Below are positions 30,273-40,342 of a stretch of DNA of 64,000 nt, piece after piece. Made by a program: the position numbers and the translations under genes. The notes beneath the pieces were generated by a model. That model made no database searches. It saw only the letters and a list, made by a program, of their open reading frames with translations, and had not been told where the DNA came from. Every line of letters begins with the position of its first letter. Position 1 is the first letter of the stretch. Source of the DNA: an uncultured delta proteobacterium (lineage in GTDB: Bacteria > Desulfobacterota > BSN033 > UBA1163); the NCBI GenBank assembly GCA_963827685.1, contig CAWHBU010000002.1, forward strand, positions 192,001 to 256,000. The letters run 5' to 3'.

Positions 30273-31893
30273 CGGGCTGTTGCTCAAAAGCCCAATTCAA
30301 AAATATCTGACAGTTTGAGTTTCCATGAATGATAGCCGAGGGTAAGTAAAACCAAATAGCACCATTCGGCCAATTTTTGAGTTCATTAGCTCCTTAAAAT
30401 CTGAAAAGGACCTTATCTCCCTTGTCACAGCCCCTTTGATCTGCTCCATCATCACCGATGGACTTCTCTTTAGGTAAGATCCGTACCTAAGCAAAACCTC
30501 AATGTTCTGGACAGCAGAGATCAGGTATTCCTGTATCTGCACCCGCCAAAGCCCTCTCCATCGTGCCCGGTCATATCCATACCGCGTCCCTCTGGCATAG
30601 GAACGCTCCATCAAATGCTGCCTCACTTTGATATCCCGCTTCGCTTTGGCCGATCGACTCGCTTCTCGCATCCTGTCTAGATCTTCCTGCCTCAGATGTC
30701 GCTTAATTGTCCGACCTGATCTGTTTCTAGTACACTGCTCTCTTAAGTCACATGCTGCACAAATCTTCTTGGGTGCAGCGTAATCTCTACTTTGCCGACT
30801 CATATGTAATGATCTAGGCTTCAACCGATGCCCAGCCGGACAACGATAGGTGTCACTCTCCCGATCATACTCAAACCGCTCTTCCCCAAAGATATTCTGC
30901 TTTTCTGTACGCTTCAATGAAATTTCCCTCAAGTCCGGCATGTGGGCCTCTACTCCTCTATCATGACAGGCCAAAAAGTTCTCGATCGTCCCGTATTTGC
31001 TGTCGGCCACCACCGTATCCGCATTGATCCCTGTATTTAAACGGTGGCTCTCTATCAGAGGAATCATCTCATGCGCTTCATTGACATCTCCTGTTGTCGT
31101 CTCGATCGCCGTGATCACTTCACTCCGCTCATCCACGGCCCGATGTACCTGATAGGAGAGTTTGGGCTTGCCACGATTCACTATCGATGCATCCGGATCG
31201 GTCGTTGAAATGTATCGGCTGTTCTCTTTAACGTATCTCCTGGAGGAATCCGTGCTCTCGCTCTTTTCCTCTAATCGTGCTTCCAGCTTCTTGTAGCCCT
31301 CCTGGAGTTGAACCTTCAACGATCGCGTGTCGATCACGGAGTTGTTCGATGCATCCGCATCCACCAGGCTCGAATCCACAAAGATCTTTCTGCCGTCCAC
31401 TAACCCCGCCTCCACACATTGCCACACCATTCGCTCAAAGAACCCCCTAAACGCTTCCACTCCCCACCGCGCCCTGGCTTTACTCAAAACACTGTGATCC
31501 GGCACCTCACTGTCTATGTCGTACCCTAAAAACCATAGCCAGTCTAAACGCATGGGGATCGTTTCCATTAACTCTCGTTCCGATCGAACATTGTAAAGAA
31601 CTAACAGCAACATCATCTTCAGGATTACAGGAGGGGGAATGGACACATTCCCGTTGCCCCCATAGGTGTCTCTGACCTCTGCATAGATGAAGTTAAAGTC
31701 AATCTGCTCTTGAATCCTTCTCAGAAGGTGTGTCCGGGGAATCCTTTGTTCCAGGTTCATATGATGATAGAAGATCTTCGGCTGAATTCCTGTCTGTTGA
31801 CCCATCATGGCAATATCTCCATTCCAGATTTGTGCTGCCATGCTTATAGCTCGAATGTATAATCGTTGCAAGCATCATTTGGGCAACAGCCCG
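30273..31893 (-). mobile_element. IS1182-family insertion sequence, 1621 bp
   Basis: IRs cgggctgttgctcaaa (30273-30288) / tttgggcaacagcccg (31878-31893), 15/16 match; 4-bp TSD TTTA at 30269-30272 and 31894-31897. Confidence 0.92.
30297..31808 (-). CDS. IS1182-family DDE transposase
   Basis: HLLRRI, VRSERELM, VPDHSVLSKARARWG, STTDPDA, VADSKYG, YRCPAG, CAACDLREQCT. Confidence 0.92.
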   Translation of the reverse strand: MMGQQTGIQPKIFYHHMNLEQRIPRTHLLRRIQEQIDFNFIYAEVRDTYGGNGNVSIPPPVILKMMLLLVLYNVRSERELMETIPMRLDWLWFLGYDIDSEVPDHSVLSKARARWGVEAFRGFFERMVWQCVEAGLVDGRKIFVDSSLVDADASNNSVIDTRSLKVQLQEGYKKLEARLEEKSESTDSSRRYVKENSRYISTTDPDASIVNRGKPKLSYQVHRAVDERSEVITAIETTTGDVNEAHEMIPLIESHRLNTGINADTVVADSKYGTIENFLACHDRGVEAHMPDLREISLKRTEKQNIFGEERFEYDRESDTYRCPAGHRLKPRSLHMSRQSRDYAAPKKICAACDLREQCTRNRSGRTIKRHLRQEDLDRMREASRSAKAKRDIKVRQHLMERSYARGTRYGYDRARWRGLWRVQIQEYLISAVQNIEVLLRYGSYLKRSPSVMMEQIKGAVTREIRSFSDFKELMNSKIGRMVLFGFTYPRLSFMETQTVRYF

Positions 31894-34162
31894 TTTATAG
31901 TCCACCTTCACATCAATATTATTAATGGTTGTTGAGATGGCGAGTGGCGCCGATTTTGGGCTCTCGTCTCCGCAATTGCCCGGCGAGTAGCAGGCTATCG
32001 AGGTAACCTCGTAGTGAAACAGGGTGCCGCTCGGTAGCCCCGTATCCGTGTATGTCTCGTGGGCTATTGGAACAGTATTCAAGAGAACCCCATCGCGGTA
32101 GACCATGTATCCGCCAAAATAGAATCGGACCGCCGCGTCCCATTGCAGGGTAATGGAGGTCTTGGTGGATGTCCCTCTCAGATTCCTTGGAATGGTAAGG
32201 GCTTCTTCAGCCGTCCCTTCGAGGACCGTGAGGTTCGCTGATATCGTATTATTGGTTTCATCGGCCTCTGAAATCAGATTCTGGGGGTCAACCACCATTG
32301 TGATCGTGTGCGTTCCCTTGGCAAAAACGTGCTGGAAGGAAACGGGTCCCTTCTGCCCAGAATCAAGAATGGGAATTGTTGTGCTGAATATCCTGTTCAT
32401 GGCATTAGAGGGATCGCCATCAAAGAAATCGACCGCAATGTTCGTCGTCCCATAAGTTCCGTTGTTCTGCACCATAGCTGCAATCAAGACAGGACTACCC
32501 TCCTGTGGTAAACCAGGAGAAAACGAAAAGCTGTTGGGCACGGCAACCAAATCAATTCCTTGAACAGGCGGGGCTACGGAATTGAGCAGCCGGAAGGCCT
32601 GGTTGTTATCTTCCTTCGATTCTGATACCTGATTCAGAGGATCAACCTTTACCGTAATCCGATCCACCCCTTGTGCTACGGTCCACGGAATTTGGAAGAT
32701 GCCAGAGCCTCCACCGGACAAATTAGTATAAGTGGCCTCACCTATCTTCAGCCCTCCCTGATCCGGATCGCCTGCATAAACCCAGACCACAAAATTCGAA
32801 GCCAGGCTCTCGCCCTGATTGCGGACCCTAACCGAGATGGTAATCGCTTCTCCGATCTTTGGAGGATCAGGATTAAAGCTGATGTCGGTAGAACCAAGGG
32901 TAAGATCCGGTAAATTAGGTGAAGTGATGCTCTTAGAGGCTATGTTGTCGGTTTCATCCAGTTCATCGATTGAATTTAAGGGATCTACGTTTACAAATAC
33001 CTTTCGGGATGACGCAGTTGGAATGGTCCAAGAGACACTCGCCTGAGAGCTTCCGTAAGCAGGTATAGATGCAATGGTTACTGTGCCAATGAATGCCCCT
33101 CCTACCGATGGGTCTCCATCGAAGAATCGGACGACAACGTTATTGGCAGCCGCTGGGCCTTCGTTATGAATTATCGCTGTGATAGTGATCGTATCGCCCA
33201 CCTTTGGAGCGGAGTTTGAGAAGGTGATGTCCGAAGATGATACCGAGAGATTTGGTTTCACATTTGCCAACGCCCGAAGCGCCAATGCCGTCGAATAGGG
33301 ATCATCATTCCAGGAGCCGTCTGGAAGCTGGGTGGAGGTGAGATAATTGATTGCCTGAGGAGCCATTGATGAAAGATCAGTGCCACTCTCAACCAGTGCC
33401 AAAAAAGCAAGGGCTGTCTCATAGACCGTAGAAGGGCTTGTCCCAAACCCCCCATCCGGATTCTGTTTTGTGAGCAGATAAGCCACTCCATTATTGATTG
33501 CTGTCTCAAGGTTATAGATGGTTTTGAATTGTGAAAGGGTTTGAAGAACTATCGCCGTCATATAAACATCACTTGGATCAGCCTCACAATTTGAGCACGC
33601 CGACGGATAAAATCCCCACCCCCCATCAGGATTTTGGGTGGAAAGAAGAAACCCCAGAGCAGTACTGATCGTATTTTGGTCGGAGTAGTTGGCCTCCTTC
33701 AACGCCTGAAGAGCAAGGGTGGTGTCAATAACATCCCTTACAAAGGACTCCGTGATTCCCCACGCAGACTGCGATATGTCACGCAGTGAGAGTAAGCTAT
33801 CTAATTCACTTGATAAATCAATATGGTTTTGCGCAAGCAGGATTATCTTTCTTGCCAACATGTCAACATCTTCGGCAAGGTATGAACATATCCACTGCAA
33901 ACCATTCTGATAGCTTGAATCCACCTTATTAAAAATCTTAAACGCATCGAGCACATGAAATGTGCTATAAGAATCTGTTGTAATATTTCCACTCCAAGCA
34001 CCGTCTGGCTTCTGGGAAACAGATAAATAATTGAGCCCATTAAGTATTATATAATTTTGAGCGATTACGGTATGTCCAGCTACTGAAAAAGCAATAATCA
34101 TCACAACTATTTTCAAGATTTTTTTCATAACTATACCTCACGCTTTCTCAAGAGCAATAACA

Positions 34163-34546
34163 TTAAATGCCAGCGTTTCGGAATAAACGCCACGCGAATC
34201 CCAATAGGACATAAATAAAAATCCCAATAGTGATTACTAAAATATAGGATTTGAAAAGCATCAAACTACTTAGAAAGATAATAGTCATAGTGATGCCCAA
34301 TATAATAGATGCCTTCCTTAATATTTTATTTGGTTCAAATACGATCCCCAAAATAAACCATAAAACTATCGATCCTATAGCTGCAGCTAACCAATAATTT
34401 ATAAAGAAACAACCAATTGTTTGAGGTGGAGGGATTCTTCTAACATAAAAACAAACAGCTATTGAAATCATTGAGAGGTTTGCAATAGCTGTTCCCACAA
34501 AAACTACAATGAAAGGTATTCTCCCCAATGATATTTTCGGCTTCAT
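34163..34546 (-). CDS. Small ~4-TM membrane protein (candidate immunity/partner protein)
   Basis: MKPKISLGRIPFIVVF...; ATG 34546 overlaps the upstream TGA (ATGA coupling). Confidence 0.7.
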   Translation of the reverse strand: MKPKISLGRIPFIVVFVGTAIANLSMISIAVCFYVRRIPPPQTIGCFFINYWLAAAIGSIVLWFILGIVFEPNKILRKASIILGITMTIIFLSSLMLFKSYILVITIGIFIYVLLGFAWRLFRNAGI

Positions 34547-37504
34547 GATAAGTCCCACCACCTTACCAACTTCTTTTGACCGAAGGCGATTCTTGAAGAC
34601 CCCCTGTTTGCTTCGTCTAATTGTGCGGTGGATAATGATATAATGCAGAGATCGATGTAAATTAATAACAGAGCTACAAGGAATAAAATAAATGCAAGGA
34701 TGGCTATAATTGCAAGGTAACCAAGGAGGCCAACAGTCATCATGGCGGCCACTATGGCTGGAAATTGATATATACCTGCAAGTAGCGCGGCTGCGATTAT
34801 TAAGGCAGGAACAATGAGAAATGCGCATGCCAAACCTTTACCCTCTTGTTGGTTAGTAATATCATTTACTCCCAGAGGTTGCGTGGTGCTCCCACCTGCA
34901 ATTCCCCCACTGATAAGGTACGCTCCTGCACCCGTAACAGGATCGGAAATAACATACCCTGCACCACTCCAATCATTGACCTGAATTTCTCTTTGAGGAA
35001 TAATTATCTCCTTGCCAGCATTTATTGCATTAATTATATCGGCCTTAACTTCATCAGAAACCTCAAGGAATGGAAGCACCGCAGACAGGTTTGCACTACT
35101 AACTATATATATTCTTAACCCTTGCTGATTAGCCAAATAAACGGCTTTGGCTGCTGAAATTCCTTGAACCCGGTAAAGCTGTTCCATTACTCCGTGTTCT
35201 AAACTCGACCCGATTATCCCAGCTGTCATCATAAAGCTCTTAAGGGATTGCGAATCACCTGTCCGTGACGAAAGGAGATACAATGACCGATCTATATCAA
35301 TATTTGCCCCTGTTACATTCACCCATCTCGGCACTCCAAACATGGTGACCACATTGAGTGATAACCCAAAAATTCCTTCCCCGGGTTGCTTCCCATATAC
35401 TATATTTTGCGATGCGGCAACAACATCTATTTGCCTATCGACTTCAAAGAAATAGCACATGACACTAAGGTAAAGTTGTTCGCCTATACCTGCGTCTGAT
35501 AGACGATCGCCTCCTGTTTTTGCAAAATTCTCAAGTTGTTGAGCCCGTTCTCTAAGAACCGAAGAAAAATGGGAAGACAGTCGATCGGGAACAAAGCCCA
35601 AAGCATAATAGCCTCCTGCCACAATATTATTTTGAACTTCGTCCGATCCTAACCCGGGAGATACGAAGCGTATAGTAAAATGCTGGATAATTCCCATTCC
35701 TCCTGAAATTCCTTCCGTCTTAACTATAGCTTCAACTCTAAGTTGTGACTTAACGTTGATAAGATAAGCGGGGGTATTGAAGAGACCTCCATACATGTTG
35801 ACCGTTTGCTGATCTGTTGAGGTTGCAGGCGCATAACTCAGTGTTACCCTTTTCCCGATCAGTTCTGGTAGGCTGGACGCGAAACTCAGATTCGGGCCGG
35901 ATAAACTCTCTGTATCTAATTCGAAAACGACATTATGCCGTAAACTGTCGGGAATAGCACAAAACTTGCTTCCAGTTGCTATTGTCTTATAGGGTAGTGT
36001 GATGGGTAAGGTAGAAAATTCTTGAGGAATAATTCCCTTTTTTCCAATGAGGTCTTCTATTGTACCGTTCGGTAGATTGTTATTGACATAATTTTCAATA
36101 CGGTTCTTAAGGTCATCAAATTGTGTCCGGATTAGGGCCCCGTCTACATTTGATATAAATCCCTCTTGTTCATTAATCGTAGCGGTAACCTTCAATTGAT
36201 TCACAAGTCCCTCAGCATCAAATGGAACTGCTGTTTTTATGTCAATCCCTTGTGTATAGGCAAACTGCTTGTACGATGGATCAAGGGGAACCCAAGTATC
36301 TCCTTGTCCTGTTTTATGTCTTGCACCCCTTGAAGGAATGTAATCAACCCACGCCTCGACCCATACATGTTCCAATCTTGCTTTTGTGACTTTGCCGCCT
36401 GAGATAATGCCTGTGACTGGGATTCCGCCACTCGCGATAAAATCAAGGGCGGCATTGGCATCGGTAAATCCTCCCACCCAGTTCATAACCTTATCTATTG
36501 GGAGTTCGATGGTTACCATAAACATACCGGGCGGGGATGTTAGAAGCACGAAGCAGTGCAGTCAGCAAAGAGGTCGTATCAAAGGCATTGCCTTGTTTGG
36601 TGAGCAAGGTCATATGGGCTCCTTGAATGGAGCCATAGGTGGGTACAAATTCGATGTTATTTCTCACCCAGTTGTAGATCTTTACAGGGTTGTTTCCAAG
36701 TTCCTGTGCTTTTGCAATTATTTCCGGTGTGAATTGGACTTCTATGTTCTCAGCGAGATCATCTGGAGTGGGAGGATTGGTCGCTTGTGCAACCATCAAG
36801 TTTGGAGTATTTGGTTCATAGTTCATAGTTCCTTGTTCATCGTTGGGCGATAAAAGACCTTTTAGAGACCCAATCGATGCAACAAGAATTGGTTTCCTCT
36901 GTGCTTCTGCCTTTTTCTGTTTTATGAAGTCTTTCTCAAAATCCTCTTTCTTAAGCCGGGGTTCCTTCCTTTCAAGCTTTTGGGTTCTATTGGGGAGCTT
37001 GTTTGGGTCTAACGGAATGTGTTTCTTGGGTGGTTTTACCTTTTCAAGATGGGCTCTAATTTTTTCGGCCCAAACCTCTGTCCCCGCTTTCTCAAATGCA
37101 TCAAGGTTGCCCTTCAGTTCAGTCACATTATCTTCATAATGCTTTACAAATTTATGATGCCTCTGCAATATCTCACTAGGAAGTCCTGCATCTCTTAACT
37201 TCTTCTCTGTCTCTGCAAACTGCTTTCTAATCTCCGTATCAAGGTTCTCTATTTCCGCTCTTTTTGCCTTTACCTTGGCGGCCTTTGCCTCTCTGTCAAT
37301 AACAGGATTCTCAAGAATCTCTGCGATTTCCTCGATTGCTTTCTGAAACCTCTCCTCTGATTTCGGAGTTCTTGAAGGCTGATTTTGGGGAGCGGGATCT
37401 TTTAGATTATCAACGGCATAAGCAAAGCTCGATATCCCAGCGAAGGTCCATGAAAAGAAAAATAGAACAACAATGGCCAATTTTTTTAAGAATTTATGAT
37501 TCAT
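34543..37504 (-). pseudogene. Secreted transglutaminase-like protein (986 aa if repaired) with +1 frameshift at 36513-36514 and hydrophobic C-terminal domain
   Basis: Signal peptide; IYNWVRNNI, GNAFD, IPARYVYG|TIELPI, EHVWVEAWVD, WVPLDPS; GGTAACC should read GGTACC to join the two ORFs. Confidence 0.85.
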
Positions 37505-37541
37505 TTAGTCCTCCGTCTAATTTAATTATGCTCAATAAAAC

Positions 37542-37582
37542 AAAAGCCCATCCCCAGTCATTTTGACTGAAAATGGGCTTTT
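37542..37582 (-). terminator. Intrinsic terminator-like hairpin in the 5' leader of the transglutaminase/CARDB operon
   Basis: aaaagcccat...cagtc-atttt-gactg...atgggctttt, followed on the minus strand by a U-rich tract. Confidence 0.65.
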
Positions 37583-37670
37583 CGATTTAACCCTTTTTCG
37601 TTCTTCATCCGGCCCCCCCCAAGATTTTAGCCTTCTGTTGCACTTCCGATACAGAGGTTTGTTGCACAAA

Positions 37671-37725
37671 CCCATACCACGGTAAAAACTGGTTGTCAAG
37701 AAGATAAGTTTCAGATAAGTTTCAG
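37671..37725 (-). promoter_or_regulatory. Sigma70-like promoter with adjacent 11-bp tandem direct repeat
   Basis: Minus strand TTGACA (37699-37694)-17 nt-TATGGG; agataagtttc x2 at 37702-37723. Confidence 0.5.
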
Positions 37726-38060
37726 AATGTCGAAAAGTCAATGGGTAAACTGGTGGGCATATATATCACAGAACAGGTAACAGATTGGATACAGATTCGA
37801 AAAAAAATGAAAAAATTCTTAAAGGGGGAGATGAGGTTCTTAGCGCAAACCGAGGACGAGTAGTGAAGAAACTGACTAAAATGTCAATAATTACTTAATC
37901 TGGTTAGATTCCTATGGGCAGAGATAGGGGAAGATTAGGAGTCTCCCATTGTAAAGGGGGATTTAGAGGGATTTTTCTATCCGATGCTTAACAGGACTTT
38001 GACGGGGCCATGAGCGTGGCCAGTTATAAGGTGAAAGGTCAGAAGTGACAGGTAACGATA

Positions 38061-38603
38061 TCAGACGTGGTCTATCTTTTGGTACACGACCATTTCATCT
38101 TTTTTGAACAGGTCTTCAGGGTGGTATTTCGGAATGGGTAGCTCCAGTTGTTTGAATCGAACGGGTGAGACTTTCTTATCCACCAGACCCAACGCCACGG
38201 CTACGCCATACAGGATAGCTTCCGGTCGGGGTGGACAGCCGGGGATGTAGAAATTGACAGGAATGACCTTTTCGACCGGCCCGATCACATTGTAGGTATC
38301 ATACCAGATACCTCCGCCACAGGCGCAGGAGCCAATGGCAAAGACCAGTTTGGGTGCGGGTATTGCTTCGTAGGCTTTTTTTAGCGCCTTGGCAGTAGCG
38401 CGGGATGCCGGTCCCTGGCAGAGCATAACGTCGGCATGACGGGGAGAGCCAACCAGTTTTATGCCGAAACGCTCGGCATCATAGTACGGTGTTAATACGT
38501 TCAGCACCTCGATATCGCATCCGTTACACCCTCCGCTGTTGGCGTGGTACACCCACAGGGAACGGGGAAACATCTTTTTGCACAGGTTCTTAAGCATTCG
38601 CAA
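38061..38603 (-). CDS. Group 4 [NiFe]-hydrogenase small subunit (HycG/EchC/NuoB-like)
   Basis: GGCNGCDIE, GSPRHAD, IGSCACGGG, IPGCPPRPE. Confidence 0.92.
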   Translation of the reverse strand: MRMLKNLCKKMFPRSLWVYHANSGGCNGCDIEVLNVLTPYYDAERFGIKLVGSPRHADVMLCQGPASRATAKALKKAYEAIPAPKLVFAIGSCACGGGIWYDTYNVIGPVEKVIPVNFYIPGCPPRPEAILYGVAVALGLVDKKVSPVRFKQLELPIPKYHPEDLFKKDEMVVYQKIDHV

Positions 38604-38862
38604 TTCTCCTCACTCCGAATTCTCCGTAATGTTTTACTGAGAAGGCGGTTGGGTGTGCTTTCCAACATTTACAAAGCGATTTTTGAGATGTCTTATGGGC
38701 AACATGCAATATTGCCTGAGATGATTTGGGCAATACAATTGGAAAGACAGTAGCAAACGATTTAAAGGTACCGCTGTAAATGTTTTCCAACACACCCAAC
38801 CACCTTGTCGAACGCGTTAATTTAGCTGTAAAGACCTCTCCAAACATTATCCATGCCTTCCC

Positions 38863-39387
38863 TTAGTCAAGCTCCAGGTCGATGTCTTTCACTACCGGTT
38901 CTTTGTCGAGGTAGGCCTGAGATGTATAGACCCATGCGTCTTTCTCCAGGTTATCGAAGCGGTAGCCTTTCATCATCAGCGCCTCCAGTGGTCTCTGTCC
39001 GCTGTAACAGCGGCCACAGCGCTGGCAGGTGCCCATGAAGATTTCAAGGTTCTGCTGAATGTCGTGGATATCTCCGGTGGCGTTTTCAAACTCCTTGCTC
39101 ATGGTGATCGCCCCTTCGGGACAGACATCCGCGCACCGACCGCAGTAAGTGCAGCGCCGCCCGATGTACTTGATGATGCGCACCTCCTGGCAGGGATCGA
39201 ACACCAGGATTTCACGGGCAGGGCAGTTGTTGGCGCACCCGGCACAGCCGATACACTTTTCTGGATGAAAGATCGGACGGCCACGGAAACGTTCCGGCAC
39301 GGGCTTGGCCTCGAAGGGATAGGGCAGGGTAACCCGACCTGCATTGAGACAGATGATCACTTCTTTAATCTTACTGAGCAGCGACAT
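38863..39387 (-). CDS. 2x[4Fe-4S] subunit (HycF/EchF/NuoI-like)
   Basis: TLPYPF...FRGRP, CIGCAGCANNCP, CTYCGRCADVCP; start at MSLLSK. Confidence 0.9.
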   Translation of the reverse strand: MSLLSKIKEVIICLNAGRVTLPYPFEAKPVPERFRGRPIFHPEKCIGCAGCANNCPAREILVFDPCQEVRIIKYIGRRCTYCGRCADVCPEGAITMSKEFENATGDIHDIQQNLEIFMGTCQRCGRCYSGQRPLEALMMKGYRFDNLEKDAWVYTSQAYLDKEPVVKDIDLELD

Positions 39388-39400
39388 AGTCACCTCAGAG

Positions 39401-40324
39401 TTAAAATCCACTCACGGCAAACACCAATGCCACGAGTGCGAGTCCGAACAGCCCTGCATAGTATCGGATCGCCTGATCAATACGGTAGCGGGCGTGCGTG
39501 GCTGCAACGAGCGTTACCAGCAAAACCAATACCGTTACTTTTACGAGAAAGATGATCACATCCAGTGGGTAAAAGCCGGTTTGGCCCCATGGGACGAAGA
39601 GCGCAACAAAGAGGGCGGTGTATACAAATAATTTCACCATGCGGGCATACTTGAATAGAGCAAGTTTCGGTCCCGAATACTCAATCATCGGTCCTTCCAT
39701 GATTTCTGTTTCCGCCTCAGCGGTATCGAACGGCATCCGGCCTACGAAAGCCTGTAGTGCAAACAGGATAATCCCCAGTATGATCAGCCCTGCCACTGGA
39801 AACACGCCGGAAGTATAGACCGATCCATTCAGTACCTGATTGAGCCTGAGCGTGCCGGTGTGCACCGCGCCGATCACGATGGCAACGGCGAGAAGCGGCT
39901 CCAGGGTCATCATGGCCATCATCTCCCTGCTCATGCCGATGAGCGAATAAGTTGAACCGGCAGCCAGCGCTGCCAGCAGGGTCGATATACCCGAGAGCGT
40001 GAGAAGGTAAATCAGAAGAATGACATCACTCTGGCCGCCTAAGGGAGCTTGTCCCCCCATCGGTACCTGCACGGCAACGGTGAGCACCGTCGCCAGCGAA
40101 AGCAAGGCAGCAAACCGCTGCATCCTGGGGGATTGGCCGGATTCGATATCCTCCTTGCCGAGTAGCTTCAGCAAATCAAAATATGGCTGCAGGATAGGGG
40201 GACCTTGCCGGGACTGGATCCGTGCTGTGATTTTCCGGAGGATGCCCTCAAACAATGGGGCCAGCCCAAGGGCGAGCACCACATTGATTGCTCCAAGAAT
40301 GATCGCTGATATATTTAGCTGCAT
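39401..40324 (-). CDS. Membrane subunit (HycD/EchB/NuoH-like)
   Basis: RKITARIQSRQGPPILQPYFDLLKL, PFDTAEAETEIMEGPMIEYSG. Confidence 0.92.
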   Translation of the reverse strand: MQLNISAIILGAINVVLALGLAPLFEGILRKITARIQSRQGPPILQPYFDLLKLLGKEDIESGQSPRMQRFAALLSLATVLTVAVQVPMGGQAPLGGQSDVILLIYLLTLSGISTLLAALAAGSTYSLIGMSREMMAMMTLEPLLAVAIVIGAVHTGTLRLNQVLNGSVYTSGVFPVAGLIILGIILFALQAFVGRMPFDTAEAETEIMEGPMIEYSGPKLALFKYARMVKLFVYTALFVALFVPWGQTGFYPLDVIIFLVKVTVLVLLVTLVAATHARYRIDQAIRYYAGLFGLALVALVFAVSGF

Positions 40325-40342
40325 CTCCCTCTCATCTCCGTA

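Larger units (their letters stand above)
23588..34128 (-). pseudogene. Giant secreted multidomain protein (2971 aa when reconstructed) interrupted by IS: signal peptide, prenyltransferase/squalene-cyclase-type repeats, CARDB repeats, FN3, FG-GAP + ASPIC/UnbV, two lectin-like domains, InlB-B-like repeats, C-terminal choice-of-anchor-A/ice-binding-like domain
   Basis: ORFs 31699-34128 and 23588-30265 fuse in frame (IDVKVDYK|DVTISPADAK) after removing the IS plus one TTTA; QNPDGGWG, VDPxNxIxExxExNN and GDxDNDGYLD motifs. Confidence 0.88.

Noticed and set aside
34547-34828. N-terminal 94 codons of the 221-aa ORF
   Set aside because: Overlaps the upstream gene in another frame; ATG 34546 with stop-start coupling is more plausible
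37585-37665. c-di-GMP-I or c-di-AMP (ydaO) riboswitch
   Set aside because: Only superficial similarity; the GNRA/receptor architecture and the ydaO 3' half were not found, so it is kept as an unknown leader
38590-38847. 85-aa ORF between hydrogenase subunits
   Set aside because: No recognisable motif or RBS; cannot be supported
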